Below, piece after piece: positions 10,465-20,823 of a stretch of 64,000 nucleotides of DNA (position 1 is the stretch's first letter; each line of letters opens with the position of its first letter). The notes under the pieces were generated by a model. The model saw only the letters and a program-made list of their open reading frames with translations. It searched no databases and had not been told where the DNA came from. The translations under genes were made by a program, and so were the position numbers. Source of the DNA: a virus; the IMG/VR virus record IMGVR_UViG_3300028584_001238. One strand, written 5' to 3'.

Positions 10465-10674
10465 TTAAATCTCAGTTTCTACATAAGAACCTTTGATTTC
10501 ACGGTTGAAGAATTCACCTTTCGATGGAGACTTCAAAAGTTGGTCATACTTTGCACGAGGAACCTTACGGAACTCATAAAGACGACCGGAATTGAACTGA
10601 ACTTGCAGAGTGCGACGACGATAGCCGACTTGAAAGATTGAGCTGGATTCTACAGTATTCATTTTGATAGTCAT
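10465..10674 (-). CDS. KTSC domain protein
   Basis: VESSSIFQVGY...LQVQFNSGRLYEF..VP...Y..LL.SPSKGEFFNREIKG fits the KTSC pattern. Confidence 0.9.
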   Translation of the reverse strand: MTIKMNTVESSSIFQVGYRRRTLQVQFNSGRLYEFRKVPRAKYDQLLKSPSKGEFFNREIKGSYVETEI

Positions 10675-10839
10675 ATTTGCTCTCCTGTTTGTGTGTGAGT
10701 ATTATACCAAGAAAATCATAAAAAAGCAAATTTCTCTAAAAATATATAATGTTTTAAAGTCTTTTAAATCAATCACTTACAAGCGATTATAATCTTTTTT
10801 CAATCTTTTTTAAGGTCTAAAAAACAACATAAAAATCAA

Positions 10840-11049
10840 CTATTTAAACTCGTTTTTTTCGAAGAAAAACAATAGAATTTTGAAAAATAATGGAATGACG
10901 ACGAATGGTATGCTAAAAATGCCAAAAAACATCAATACACTTTTCTCTGGCAAATTGTAAAAGACTGCAAGACAGAGGAAGAAGGCAATAAAAAAAATCC
11001 CAGCATGGGATTCAATGAGATTTAAATAATGTTTGATAAAATGTGCCAA
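10840..11049 (-). CDS. small membrane protein
   Basis: Two hydrophobic segments. Confidence 0.5.
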   Translation of the reverse strand: MAHFIKHYLNLIESHAGIFFIAFFLCLAVFYNLPEKSVLMFFGIFSIPFVVIPLFFKILLFFFEKNEFK

Positions 11050-11068
11050 TGGTTGATACCTAAAAATG

Positions 11069-11320
11069 TTAAGAGATAATAAGCTTCCAATCGTCGTCAG
11101 TCAGCTTCCCAGCATGGGTTAAAATAGGAAATCCAAACAGCTTATGCACAATCCCTTTTTCAATGTCAGTATAAGTGATCTTATCATCAATGATACGATA
11201 GGTGCCCAAAATTAAAGTTTTCTTGCTGTAATAAGACCCAAAAATCTTAACGAAAAGATTCTGTGGGTCTTTAAGCAATACTAACGAAAAAAAGCTATGG
11301 GTTGGTTGTGAAGATTTCAA
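11069..11320 (-). CDS. hypothetical protein
   Basis: TTG start after a GGAG RBS; TGGTATAAT promoter. Confidence 0.6.
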   Translation of the reverse strand: MKSSQPTHSFFSLVLLKDPQNLFVKIFGSYYSKKTLILGTYRIIDDKITYTDIEKGIVHKLFGFPILTHAGKLTDDDWKLIIS

Positions 11321-11378
11321 AACAGATGGCTCCTAAATATGGGAAAATTATACCATCAAATAAGCCCACAATCAATCA

Positions 11379-11810
11379 TTAAACGAATGAAATAGTGTGT
11401 TCTTGGCAAGTTCTTTCAATGACTTCATGGTGTTCAGTAAACGAGCCTGTGGGCTTACAAGCGATGTCACAAGCCGTCATGATAGGGATGACAACATGAA
11501 GGTAGAGATCCCTAATCTCATCTGTTGTAAAGCGTCGAGAACACGCAAAACCAATTTGAAATGAATCATCATCATGATCAATAATTCGTTCCAATCCTTC
11601 AATCGTCATGTAGGCATAATCATCTTCTACATGTTCTTTAAATAGAAGAATTGTTTCATAAACAGAGAATTGAGAGTCTGTCAGCAGCGATTGCAAATAA
11701 TCAACCGAATGCAGTTTTTCAAAAAAAGAATTAGAAATGTCCTGCATGGACAAAGCACCACTTAAATTGAATGAGAAGGTGTAAATACCACCATTATAGG
11801 TTTTAGACAT
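11379..11810 (-). CDS. hypothetical protein
   Basis: 143 aa ORF in an operon. Confidence 0.7.
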   Translation of the reverse strand: MSKTYNGGIYTFSFNLSGALSMQDISNSFFEKLHSVDYLQSLLTDSQFSVYETILLFKEHVEDDYAYMTIEGLERIIDHDDDSFQIGFACSRRFTTDEIRDLYLHVVIPIMTACDIACKPTGSFTEHHEVIERTCQEHTISFV

Positions 11811-11843
11811 GATGTTTTTCCTAAAATTAAAAATTTATGATAA

Positions 11844-13004
11844 TTAGTTGTAGTGATTAATAACAGTCAACAGCAAATCAAAATCGCTCATCAAATCACC
11901 TGAGTCATTGGAGTGAAGATTAAATCCGCGTGCAGAGTCATAAACCAGACCATTATCATCTTCAAAGTGATGCAGATAATATTGAGCCGATTTATCATAA
12001 CCATCGTGTTCAATCATCACTGGATAGGTGGTTGGTCCATAGGAACGCCCGATATAATACTGAGCCATTTCCAAATAATTCGTACAATCCTCAACCATTT
12101 CAGAATAGTAGAAATCATCATGGTCAGCTTTCACGTCTTGAGCAGCTTTCCACACTTTATAACGACCAGTTGCTTTCTCAAAGACATAAGCATACAGAGT
12201 ATTCTGACTGCGTTGAGACATCATCAGATGAGTGTCAGTTTCTTCAAGATACGCATAGTTATCAGAATCGTTGAAAGCGAACTGCTTGTCAGCAGTGGCC
12301 TTCTTTTTGCGAAGCAAGCTTTTCCATACTTTGAAAGCGTCTTCAAGTGTCTTTTGAGAACGATTAACTTTCTGAAAACTACTTTTTTTGTTATCATCAA
12401 TAAAGGTAAGCTGTTCTTCACTAAACGCTTCTGGAAATTTATCACACAGTCCAAGAAGGTCTTTTGAAACATAAGCCACTGGATAGTAAGTGCTAAGGCG
12501 AGCAATACCATACTCATTAAACTCATTAGAGCTATAACGATCTTTGTTGGTAAAGGTAATAAATGATTGTTGTGGATAAAGGCTGGTCAATTCAATGAAA
12601 CGCTCATGAATAAGATCCACATCATAAATAATAGGTTCTTTAAATTTCTCAGGAAGCGATGAAAAATCAGGAGCTTTATATTTTGAATAGACAGTGTAAT
12701 CATTAACCGATTGTTTCACATGATAGCGAAATCCATCAATGTTAAAAATAAGAGAATTAGTTGAATCTTCTTCTGAAACCTTACGAAGTGTTTGCATTGT
12801 CAACTTGTTGACCAATTCAAGTTGTTCAGGTGTTGCTGTTTTATCAATGACAGCTCGCATCAATTCCATTGTCATGACAACAGGTTCTTCGATGGGTGTA
12901 TATTTTTTGAACTCGACAATACTCTGATCGAGTTTATCCGAAAACAGATAATCGGTCAGAGCATTAACGATGGAAACAACTTGTTGGTTGGTGCTGGTAG
13001 TCAT
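11844..13004 (-). CDS. hypothetical protein
   Basis: 386 aa; start overlaps the stop of the upstream gene. Confidence 0.85.
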   Translation of the reverse strand: MTTSTNQQVVSIVNALTDYLFSDKLDQSIVEFKKYTPIEEPVVMTMELMRAVIDKTATPEQLELVNKLTMQTLRKVSEEDSTNSLIFNIDGFRYHVKQSVNDYTVYSKYKAPDFSSLPEKFKEPIIYDVDLIHERFIELTSLYPQQSFITFTNKDRYSSNEFNEYGIARLSTYYPVAYVSKDLLGLCDKFPEAFSEEQLTFIDDNKKSSFQKVNRSQKTLEDAFKVWKSLLRKKKATADKQFAFNDSDNYAYLEETDTHLMMSQRSQNTLYAYVFEKATGRYKVWKAAQDVKADHDDFYYSEMVEDCTNYLEMAQYYIGRSYGPTTYPVMIEHDGYDKSAQYYLHHFEDDNGLVYDSARGFNLHSNDSGDLMSDFDLLLTVINHYN

Positions 13005-13330
13005 TACACATTTCCTTGCTTAATATCGGATTCGGCTTGTTCTTGTTCATATTTTGCTTTCATTTTGTCATGATAAGCATCAACCTTTGCATCAAATTCA
13101 ACAAGGTCGCTGTCGTCAAGATTGCCTTTTTCTTCTTCACGATCCACCAAATGACCAACCGCTTCATCTGGATACCAACCGCTTGGAACAAGACCACTCA
13201 AAATACCAAACTCCATTGCCAAATCAAAAGCAATATTCTCTTTGGTTTCATCTTTGGAACAGGCATCAGGAATCAAGCTAACCACATGGGCCAGCCATTC
13301 ATCATGAGTCATAATATATTGAATAGTCAT
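13004..13330 (-). CDS. acidic hypothetical protein
   Basis: 108 aa; AAGGA RBS. Confidence 0.75.
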   Translation of the reverse strand: MTIQYIMTHDEWLAHVVSLIPDACSKDETKENIAFDLAMEFGILSGLVPSGWYPDEAVGHLVDREEEKGNLDDSDLVEFDAKVDAYHDKMKAKYEQEQAESDIKQGNV

Positions 13331-13342
13331 TGTTTGATATCC

Positions 13343-13522
13343 TTAATAATTTTGGCTAAATTTATAAGTGCATTGTTTGTGACACAAGTGTGTAACTTCA
13401 TTTTTCTCTAATGCCAACAGAGAAGCAAAGACAACTGAAAGAGTCGCAGCCCACATACTACCTGTAACAACAAGTGTTAAAACACTTACAACAATGAGAA
13501 CTTTCAACAGTAACATACGCAT
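13343..13522 (-). CDS. small membrane protein (59 aa, not in the ORF track)
   Basis: MRMLLLKVLIVVSVLTLVVTGSMWAATLSVVFASLLALEK...; GGAGG RBS and upstream TGGTATAAT. Confidence 0.55.
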   Translation of the reverse strand: MRMLLLKVLIVVSVLTLVVTGSMWAATLSVVFASLLALEKNEVTHLCHKQCTYKFSQNY

Positions 13523-13637
13523 TTTCCATCCTCCATACTACCTTATATGGTAGTTATTGGAAAGAATTATACCACTTTCATCAAAAATCGTCAATAAAAA
13601 AAGGCCCGCTAATGAGCCTTTTGTCGTATTTTAATAC

Positions 13638-14348
13638 TTATGAATTGTAGTATAGCAAGTCATTTTCAAGATCCATCTTCCAACCAAGACGTACAAAATC
13701 ATTTGCTTCCTTTTCGGTATGAAAGCGTTTTCCTAAAGAATAGTTGTCAACACCATAAATTAAGACAATCCACTCACCTTTTTCAAGAACATCCTGCTCT
13801 GTGTCAAATTCAAAAGTGCCACTTTTAAAAATATGAACAGAAACAAACTCCCTTTTATCAGGCATACTAAATGCAGCAGAATGCAACGTAATCAAATTAT
13901 TCAAAATAAAATGGTTTTCGTTAGGTATTTCAACAAAACCCACAAAACTTGTTTTACCAGCTTTGCGGTCATCTGCATCAAAATAGAATGAAGGCGTCAA
14001 ATAATCTTTGAAATGTTCAGGCATGTCAGGAATATTGGCAATTTGTTTCAATTCCAAAGAAATGGTTGAGCGAGCAATCGCATCATCAATATCTTGTTGA
14101 GCCATCAGCAACCTTGGACGTGTAATGACTTCTGAAATCCCTTCAGCATAGCGAAGTTTTTCAACAGACTTCCCAACACGAACTTCGGAGACAACACCTG
14201 TATAATCAACCAAACTGGCGACTTGTGCAACGGTGTGGTCAATAACATCAATGCCAGTCCGCTCTTTAAAGGCTTCTGGAGTTTCAGCATAGACTTCAAC
14301 AGCCATCACTTTATTACCATAACGGAAATATGCTTTTCTACCGATCAT
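13638..14348 (-). CDS. hypothetical protein
   Basis: 236 aa with its own promoter and terminator. Confidence 0.8.
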   Translation of the reverse strand: MIGRKAYFRYGNKVMAVEVYAETPEAFKERTGIDVIDHTVAQVASLVDYTGVVSEVRVGKSVEKLRYAEGISEVITRPRLLMAQQDIDDAIARSTISLELKQIANIPDMPEHFKDYLTPSFYFDADDRKAGKTSFVGFVEIPNENHFILNNLITLHSAAFSMPDKREFVSVHIFKSGTFEFDTEQDVLEKGEWIVLIYGVDNYSLGKRFHTEKEANDFVRLGWKMDLENDLLYYNS

Positions 14349-14448
14349 GTTGTCACCTGTTTGTTTAATTAAGATAGTGATTATACCATAGTATAAGAGT
14401 TCTGGAAAGAAAAAAGCAGCACGAAGACTGCTTTTTTAACTATCAATA

Positions 14449-15342
14449 TTAATTTTCGATGGCAGGTTCAACGAATTTTGCAAGGCGTTTACTTTCATCG
14501 TAGAAGTAAAGGTCAATATCCTCAACAGCACGACCTTCAAAGCGTTTAATGAACTCAGCCATGACAGCCGTTGGAACCATCTTAAACTCTACACTACCAT
14601 CATCCCTTTCCTTCACGTAGAAAGGCTTATCAAAGGGTTTACGAAGCGTGAAAGCTTCCAGACGAACATTATAACCAAGTGGTGAAATAGCGTCCAAAAT
14701 GACCTCTTTCTTGTAGTCGCCTTGTTCAAAGACAAGTTCATCAGAAGAAAGGCTATACACACACGAAACATCCACACCGGCTTTAATCAATTTATCAGCA
14801 ATCTGGTTCATCATGAAGTATTGAACCTTTTGTTGACGTTTAGGATTCAAGTTACCAAACAAGATTTGGCGAGTAATTTTACTGATGAGCATGTATTCAT
14901 TAAAACCACGGCTAATCGCAAATTCTGCATAATCGGTATGACCACCAAAAATGGTAGGTTCTACCAGCAACAGCGACTGAAAGTTGGCTTTAACCAAATC
15001 AATACTGTAAAACTTTTTATCAGCCTTATCCGACTTGTAAAGGTCTTTTGCACTGATTTTGATTTCTTTGTTGAACACACTCATGTCCATTGCGTTAAAA
15101 CGAGCGTATTCAGGCGAAGCCGAGATCATATCAAGGGTGCCATTCACTGTTTTACGGTTATGTTCAAAGAAGAATTGACTACCGAACGACTCAAAGTCAC
15201 GCTTAAAAGTTTCGTATTTTTCAACGGAACCATAGTAAGGGCTGGTCAGTTCAAGGTAATGTTCAAAGTAGGGAGACTTATCGACTGCAATCGGCAGTTT
15301 AAGGTCTTTGATGAAATTTTTGTTAAAGTCGGAAGCTTTCAT
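14449..15342 (-). CDS. hypothetical protein with polymerase-palm-like acidic motifs
   Basis: 297 aa; YSIDLVKANFQSL and SLSSDELVF resemble family A/B motifs A and C; function uncertain. Confidence 0.55.
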   Translation of the reverse strand: MKASDFNKNFIKDLKLPIAVDKSPYFEHYLELTSPYYGSVEKYETFKRDFESFGSQFFFEHNRKTVNGTLDMISASPEYARFNAMDMSVFNKEIKISAKDLYKSDKADKKFYSIDLVKANFQSLLLVEPTIFGGHTDYAEFAISRGFNEYMLISKITRQILFGNLNPKRQQKVQYFMMNQIADKLIKAGVDVSCVYSLSSDELVFEQGDYKKEVILDAISPLGYNVRLEAFTLRKPFDKPFYVKERDDGSVEFKMVPTAVMAEFIKRFEGRAVEDIDLYFYDESKRLAKFVEPAIEN

Positions 15343-15407
15343 GGTTATTCACTCTGCTTGAAATATGGAGCTATTATACCATGAATGAAGGCTTGCGTCT
15401 ACAGAGA

Positions 15408-15539
15408 CTACTTACTTTTACGGTTATTACTCCAGTCATCAATTTCTTTTTTATTGATGACTTTTTCATTAACGACTCTTCGAATAGGTGGGCCTTCTGG
15501 CCTGATAGGTGGTGTTGGTTTGGTTTTGTCATCGCTCAT
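15408..15539 (-). CDS. 43-aa Pro/Lys-rich peptide (not in the ORF track)
   Basis: MSDDKTKPTPPIRPEGPPIRRVVNEK...; AAGGAG RBS. Confidence 0.5.
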   Translation of the reverse strand: MSDDKTKPTPPIRPEGPPIRRVVNEKVINKKEIDDWSNNRKSK

Positions 15540-15584
15540 AGAAATCTCCTTATTACATTAAAGATAAGAGAAATCTATTAAATG

Positions 15585-15860
15585 TCAAAGAAAAAATTCT
15601 GACACTGGTTCATTCTTTTTATCAATAATGATTTGCATTTCATGCAAAGTCGTCAGCATTTCTTCTTCATTACCAAACACTTTAAGTCGAGCATACTGTT
15701 CAACCAGTAACCAGTAACTGACAAACTCTTTTTTGAAGTCGGCCATAGTCATTGAAAACAACTTATCTGTTCTCATAAGTTCTGGATCATCAAGTTCATT
15801 TAATGTTTTTTCATATTTGTCAACCAAGTTAACAAAGGCAATAAAAGTTTTATTGGACAT
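15585..15860 (-). CDS. hypothetical protein
   Basis: 91 aa; GGAG RBS and TGCTATAAT. Confidence 0.7.
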   Translation of the reverse strand: MSNKTFIAFVNLVDKYEKTLNELDDPELMRTDKLFSMTMADFKKEFVSYWLLVEQYARLKVFGNEEEMLTTLHEMQIIIDKKNEPVSEFFL

Positions 15861-15901
15861 AGAAAAGGCTCCGTTGTTGGAGCCAATTATAGCAGCTTTT
15901 A

Positions 15902-16483
15902 TTATTTTTGCAAATTGAGCTTTTCTTCGCCATGCTTTTCATGTTCTGCAGGCTTATCTGAATTAGGTAATATCTTATTCAAACTGAGCAATGTGGTGAC
16001 GTATTTCCCCACCAAGTTACTTTCTGGAACATATCCCCAGAAACGGCTGTCGTAAGAGTGATTAATGTTATCACCAATGGCAAAATAGTAACCAACTGGA
16101 ACAACAGCTTTTTTCATATCCGGCATATCAGTGGGCATTTCATTAATTTTAAATGAATGGTCATTGAAGTAAACGGTATCACCCGCTACTGCCACAATAC
16201 GTTTTACATAATTGGTGCTTTCATCCAGTGGCATTCTAAACACAGCAATATCACCACGTTCTGGATGGCCTGTTTTTAAAATCTCAATTTTAGTGAAAGG
16301 TATTTTTAGTCCATAACTATGAACATCAACCAGTATAAATGATTTTTCATCAATGGTCGGTATCATCGATCCAGTAGGCACATAAGATGGATTATAAGCA
16401 AAAGATTTGAAGGATAAGATAGCAACAAGTATAAGAATAGTTGTTTTGTCTAATTTTATATAATTAATAAATTTACTGAACAT
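15902..16483 (-). CDS. lepB: signal peptidase I (peptidase S26)
   Basis: TM anchor, VPTGSMIPT (catalytic Ser), RGDIAVF, YVKRIVAVAGD (catalytic Lys), GDN..HSYDSRFWG. Confidence 0.93.
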   Translation of the reverse strand: MFSKFINYIKLDKTTILILVAILSFKSFAYNPSYVPTGSMIPTIDEKSFILVDVHSYGLKIPFTKIEILKTGHPERGDIAVFRMPLDESTNYVKRIVAVAGDTVYFNDHSFKINEMPTDMPDMKKAVVPVGYYFAIGDNINHSYDSRFWGYVPESNLVGKYVTTLLSLNKILPNSDKPAEHEKHGEEKLNLQK

Positions 16484-16551
16484 GATGGCTCCATTAGTGT
16501 AAATAAAAGAGTATCACTCTTACAGAAAAAATCAAGTTAATAAAAATCCAT

Positions 16552-16575
16552 AAAAAAAGCCTCCGAAGAGGCTTT
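16552..16575. terminator. intrinsic terminator
   Basis: AAAAAAAGCCTC-CGAA-GAGGCTTT. Confidence 0.75.
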
Positions 16576-16593
16576 AGAGCTTACAAGTTGGTT

Positions 16594-17214
16594 TTAGGAC
16601 ATTTTACCTGTTACATTTTGAATGGCTTCTTCAATGTGTGTCATGAAAAAAGCACCTTCGTAGGTTGTGCGATAATGCTGGGTTTGTTGTTCAAGGTATT
16701 TAACAGGATCTACATCTCCCCATGCAGGATGTGGCACCAGCATTTTTGGAACATGCTCAATAACCCATTCATGAAAAGCTTGATCCAAACGAGAAAATTG
16801 TTCACCAAAAATAGTTTTAATGATTTCATTATTTTCTTCTGCGGTTAACTGACTTCCACTGTCCTTTGCATAAGAAAGGTAAAGCAAGTTTGCGGCCATA
16901 TCGTAGAAAACTTCTGACAAAGAGACACACATCAAATGACTTTGAGTGACTGTATTGGTCAATTTTTTAACTCGCATCATGTGGAGAATATCGTCATCAT
17001 TGAATACAGAACCCGCCACATCCCAACGATAAGTAGATTGACGCCGCATTTCAATTGGAACAGTTGCAGCAGAATCCCGTTCTACCCAACGAGAAGATGC
17101 TTCTTCATCAAGCACAGTAATAATGGCGTGAAGGCGTTGTTCTGGTGTTTTGAACTTTTTGCATTTAACTCGATCAAGGTTTTCAATCAAAGGATATTCG
17201 TTTGATGTGGTCAT
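16594..17214 (-). CDS. hypothetical protein
   Basis: 206 aa ORF. Confidence 0.8.
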   Translation of the reverse strand: MTTSNEYPLIENLDRVKCKKFKTPEQRLHAIITVLDEEASSRWVERDSAATVPIEMRRQSTYRWDVAGSVFNDDDILHMMRVKKLTNTVTQSHLMCVSLSEVFYDMAANLLYLSYAKDSGSQLTAEENNEIIKTIFGEQFSRLDQAFHEWVIEHVPKMLVPHPAWGDVDPVKYLEQQTQHYRTTYEGAFFMTHIEEAIQNVTGKMS

Positions 17215-17299
17215 ATTATTTACCTTTAAAATGGCATAATTGGAATAAGATAATTCGGTTCATTGAAGCTATTATATCACAATCATGCCATGTTAACTA

Positions 17300-17632
17300 T
17301 CACTCTTTAACAGAATCGACAGTTGAAGAATCTTCATCAGATTGTTCATGCTCATCGTCTTCTGCATTGGCTGCATTGGCGGATGAAGTGGCGTTCATAA
17401 CAGCAATCCCTGTCATAATAGGAATAAGACTATTTGCCGTATTCTCAGGCTGGCTAGCTTTAGGAGCTTGAACACGGGCTGGTGGTGGCGAAACCTTAAC
17501 AGCCGGTGCAACGGGAGCAACCCGAACAGGTGCCACATAGACTCTTGGCATCACAATCATAGGGCCAGCAATAGCAGCGGTTTGAAAAGCACACAGAGCA
17601 AGAGCAACAGCCGAAAACATAAGTTTAATCAT
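17300..17632 (-). CDS. exported low-complexity protein
   Basis: Signal peptide, Pro/Val/Ala-rich middle, acidic tail. Confidence 0.65.
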   Translation of the reverse strand: MIKLMFSAVALALCAFQTAAIAGPMIVMPRVYVAPVRVAPVAPAVKVSPPPARVQAPKASQPENTANSLIPIMTGIAVMNATSSANAANAEDDEHEQSDEDSSTVDSVKE

Positions 17633-17703
17633 TTTGATTTTTCCTTTAATGGTCTAGTTACATTTATTTATTAAACAATTTGTGTAGAATTTTGAATTAA
17701 CCT

Positions 17704-18204
17704 TTATTCTTTGATGAATACGTTTTTGTAGTTCGCTTTCAAAGGTTTCAATCCTTTGACTTCCTGTGAAGTAGCGGGCTGGCAATAACGCAAATAAGAC
17801 ATGATTGGGCACATCTTACTCATAAACCCACGATCTTTATCAGAAACACAGACTGTTTGCCATGCAAGGGCTGTCTGTGATTGTTCACGATTACAAATAG
17901 TCAACATATAGCTACCGGCTGGTTCTACATTGTATGACTTTTCTTTTGCTTCAATCTTTACGGATACAACAGGTTCCGCTACGTTTTCAGTCTCAGGATC
18001 ATCAATAATGCTTGATGCGGCAACTGTATTAATAATAGCCGTGCTAACCCCAGTATTAGCATAAGCACCAAAGCTCATTAAACACAACGACATCAGCATT
18101 AGACCAACAATTTTTTTCATCATTTTAAAGCTCCTAGTTAAATGGTTTTTGTATACAACATTCCACGAGATTTTTCTACTTTTACAGATTTGTTTAACAC
18201 CCAA
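17704..18204 (-). CDS. exported protein
   Basis: Likely start at MMKKIVG, with a signal peptide ending AYA. Confidence 0.65.
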   Translation of the reverse strand: MGVKQICKSRKISWNVVYKNHLTRSFKMMKKIVGLMLMSLCLMSFGAYANTGVSTAIINTVAASSIIDDPETENVAEPVVSVKIEAKEKSYNVEPAGSYMLTICNREQSQTALAWQTVCVSDKDRGFMSKMCPIMSYLRYCQPATSQEVKGLKPLKANYKNVFIKE

Positions 18205-18662
18205 GAAAAATGCTCTACAGCATGGTTATTAGGGCGAATAACAATCAAATTATCCGCTACCGTTGAAAGCCCATAAAGCATAGTATTCAAGTAAGACGAT
18301 TCAACAAGGTCAATGGCATAGCTAAAAACAATCACATCAACCTTGGGCATTTCAAAGTTGCCATTAGCAATATCTTCGAAAGAATATTGGAAACACTCAT
18401 TATGGGTTTCTTTTATATAACGGGAAAACATGAATTTGTCACACCCAACAATGCTATCTACGGATTGAGTTTTAGCAAGGTGCTTAGAGACAAGGCCATC
18501 ACCACAAGCAAAATCAAGCACGCTTTTAAAGTCTTTTTTCCAAAGTTGGTCAAGACAGTTCAACGCGAAGGCAGCATGAGGGTTATGATACGTTTCAGCA
18601 TGATCGCTGTAATAGGTATCAACCCCCAAGGTTTCGTATTCTTTGCGTATGGATAAAGTCAT
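18138..18662 (-). CDS. class I SAM-dependent methyltransferase-like protein
   Basis: Motif I VLDFACGDG, then IVGCD and DVIVFSYA. Confidence 0.8.
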   Translation of the reverse strand: MTLSIRKEYETLGVDTYYSDHAETYHNPHAAFALNCLDQLWKKDFKSVLDFACGDGLVSKHLAKTQSVDSIVGCDKFMFSRYIKETHNECFQYSFEDIANGNFEMPKVDVIVFSYAIDLVESSYLNTMLYGLSTVADNLIVIRPNNHAVEHFSWVLNKSVKVEKSRGMLYTKTI

Positions 18663-18706
18663 GATTAGCCTCTACTCTCATGTGTGGCCTGTATTATATC
18701 ACAAGG

Positions 18707-19198
18707 CTACCAATTACTAAAGACATCATTGAATTTATTGCTATAAAAATTGATAAAATCATTCGCACTGTCATCAAATTCAGTCGGTCTATCAATGGCG
18801 GCAATCTTTTTTCTAATTTTATTCAATTCATCATGTTTTAACTTTTCAACTCCATAAAAATCACGTTGTTCGGCAATAAACATAACCATATCAGACAAAG
18901 CTTTTAAATCAAAAACTCTGGATGCATAGCTATCTTGACCTTCTCGCCCAGCCGCATAACAAGCCATAACAATTTTATCTTTAAATGTAACATAAAAAAG
19001 TTGCCATACTCGACGGCCATCATAACAAAAGTCTTCAAAAATATGAATTTTGATGTTTTCATTATTTTTAAAATCCATTGGGAAATCAACCAGCTCACCG
19101 ATTTGAATAGACAAATAGTCTTCAACTTCATAATCGCCTGAAACGATAGATTGAATGGGGTGTTCTAGAAGTTCTTTGTATGAAATGTAACTATGCAT
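18707..19198 (-). CDS. hypothetical protein
   Basis: 163 aa ORF. Confidence 0.75.
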   Translation of the reverse strand: MHSYISYKELLEHPIQSIVSGDYEVEDYLSIQIGELVDFPMDFKNNENIKIHIFEDFCYDGRRVWQLFYVTFKDKIVMACYAAGREGQDSYASRVFDLKALSDMVMFIAEQRDFYGVEKLKHDELNKIRKKIAAIDRPTEFDDSANDFINFYSNKFNDVFSNW

Positions 19199-19348
19199 TT
19201 AGATCTCACATTTTTTCAATTGTGGTGCAGGCTTGAGAACAGGAGTACAGACAGTTAATGGAATAAAAATATCCAAAACGATACGTTCAGAAGCCTGCAC
19301 TTGGGTCATACCAAACATAAGGCAAAGAGCCAACATTGATTTTTTCAT
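19199..19348 (-). CDS. 49-aa exported peptide (not in the ORF track)
   Basis: MKKSMLALCLMFGMTQVQA signal-like N-terminus; GGAGA RBS; stop abuts the next ATG. Confidence 0.55.
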   Translation of the reverse strand: MKKSMLALCLMFGMTQVQASERIVLDIFIPLTVCTPVLKPAPQLKKCEI

Positions 19349-19401
19349 GATAGATCTCCAATAAGGTGCCTGAGTATAACAGAAACATGTAAATGAAGCA
19401 A

Positions 19402-20079
19402 TTAAATATTTAACATGTCCGTTAATAAACCTAATTTTTTATAATCATCATGTGTTGCCGATTCATTAATTTTCCATATCTCAAAGATCTTTTCCCGGTA
19501 GGAATAAAAATCACTACTTAAAAAATCACCTTGACCATTATAATTAAAAACCAATTGAATAAAATGAAATTGATCAAGGCTAGTCTCCTTTGTAATCAAC
19601 TGAGCCATTGGATTAGTGTCACCATTATCCTTAAAAGATGGTATTCTAAGTTCAATAGAAATTAAAAACTTATCTTCTTTCGTTAAATGAGTAAATGATA
19701 TAACTGCATATATTCGACTTAGTAAAGTGGAAAGCACATATTTACCATCAATAAGCGACCTAAAACGACAAGCATTAAAAATAGATAATAGATTATTAAT
19801 ATTTTTCATAACTTTACAAATTATAGGATCTTTAAATTTTGAGCATAATGTATTGTTTTCAACATAAAGCATGTCATAGAATGTTGTAACAACGCCATAA
19901 TCCATACCATATACATCTTGCATATGAACACTTGGATTAAATGGGCCTTTTACATTACATTTATGTTTAGATTCATATTTAGGATTTTTTAGTTCTATAC
20001 CAAAATTATCTAAAAAAGATTTATTAGATAAAATTATTTCTTTTTCATATAGAATTTCTTTTGAACGTGTTCTTTTCAT
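19402..20079 (-). CDS. hypothetical protein with C-terminal MxxI tag
   Basis: Ends DYKKLGLLTDMLNI; paralog of the next two genes. Confidence 0.8.
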   Translation of the reverse strand: MKRTRSKEILYEKEIILSNKSFLDNFGIELKNPKYESKHKCNVKGPFNPSVHMQDVYGMDYGVVTTFYDMLYVENNTLCSKFKDPIICKVMKNINNLLSIFNACRFRSLIDGKYVLSTLLSRIYAVISFTHLTKEDKFLISIELRIPSFKDNGDTNPMAQLITKETSLDQFHFIQLVFNYNGQGDFLSSDFYSYREKIFEIWKINESATHDDYKKLGLLTDMLNI

Positions 20080-20093
20080 GTTTATACCTTTGT

Positions 20094-20816
20094 TTAAATG
20101 GAAATCATATCCGACAGTAAACCAAGTCTTTTATAGTCAATCTCTTGGCAGTCTTCGGTAATTTCCCATACATTTATCATGCGTTTCTTATATCGTTGAA
20201 TATCATTGATAATACTGTCACCTGTGATTGAGTAAATACAATTAAAACCCGATGGGTCATAAAAATGTTGAATGGCTGTCTGTTTAGTCGTTAAATAATA
20301 AGCATCACCTGTTGTTCTAAGAGAAATTTTAAAACTAACCTGAATAGTAATGCTATCAGTTTCTTTAATGTATTTGAACACAAGCCAAGGTTTAACATTG
20401 GGTAAAACTGGCAAATATTCAATGTAATCGTTAGTCAGACGAAAACTTTCAGTAATGCCTAGATATTGATTAACATCGTTTAACATAGTCTGAATGATAG
20501 GCGATTTTAAGGCGGATGAAACGATTCCATTATCAAGCGTAATGATGTTTTCAAATGAAAAACAAACATCACCAAACCCAGATAAATAGATATTAACATC
20601 ATGCCCATCATCTGATTTTGCGGTGTATTCGCCAAATAAAGATGGCTCCATATCATGAATAGAGATATTCAGATGCTCAAAAATCAATTGTTTAACATCA
20701 ATAATCTTTTCAAGTGTTGATTTCTGAGGTGCAATAGGATAAACCATTTGTCTTAACGCTCGGCCATATGACGATTCTTCTGTTTCTTCGTTAGAGTTAA
20801 TATCATCATTCATCAT
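20094..20816 (-). CDS. hypothetical protein with C-terminal MxxI tag
   Basis: Ends DYKRLGLLSDMISI. Confidence 0.85.
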   Translation of the reverse strand: MMNDDINSNEETEESSYGRALRQMVYPIAPQKSTLEKIIDVKQLIFEHLNISIHDMEPSLFGEYTAKSDDGHDVNIYLSGFGDVCFSFENIITLDNGIVSSALKSPIIQTMLNDVNQYLGITESFRLTNDYIEYLPVLPNVKPWLVFKYIKETDSITIQVSFKISLRTTGDAYYLTTKQTAIQHFYDPSGFNCIYSITGDSIINDIQRYKKRMINVWEITEDCQEIDYKRLGLLSDMISI

Positions 20817-20823
20817 TAACTCC

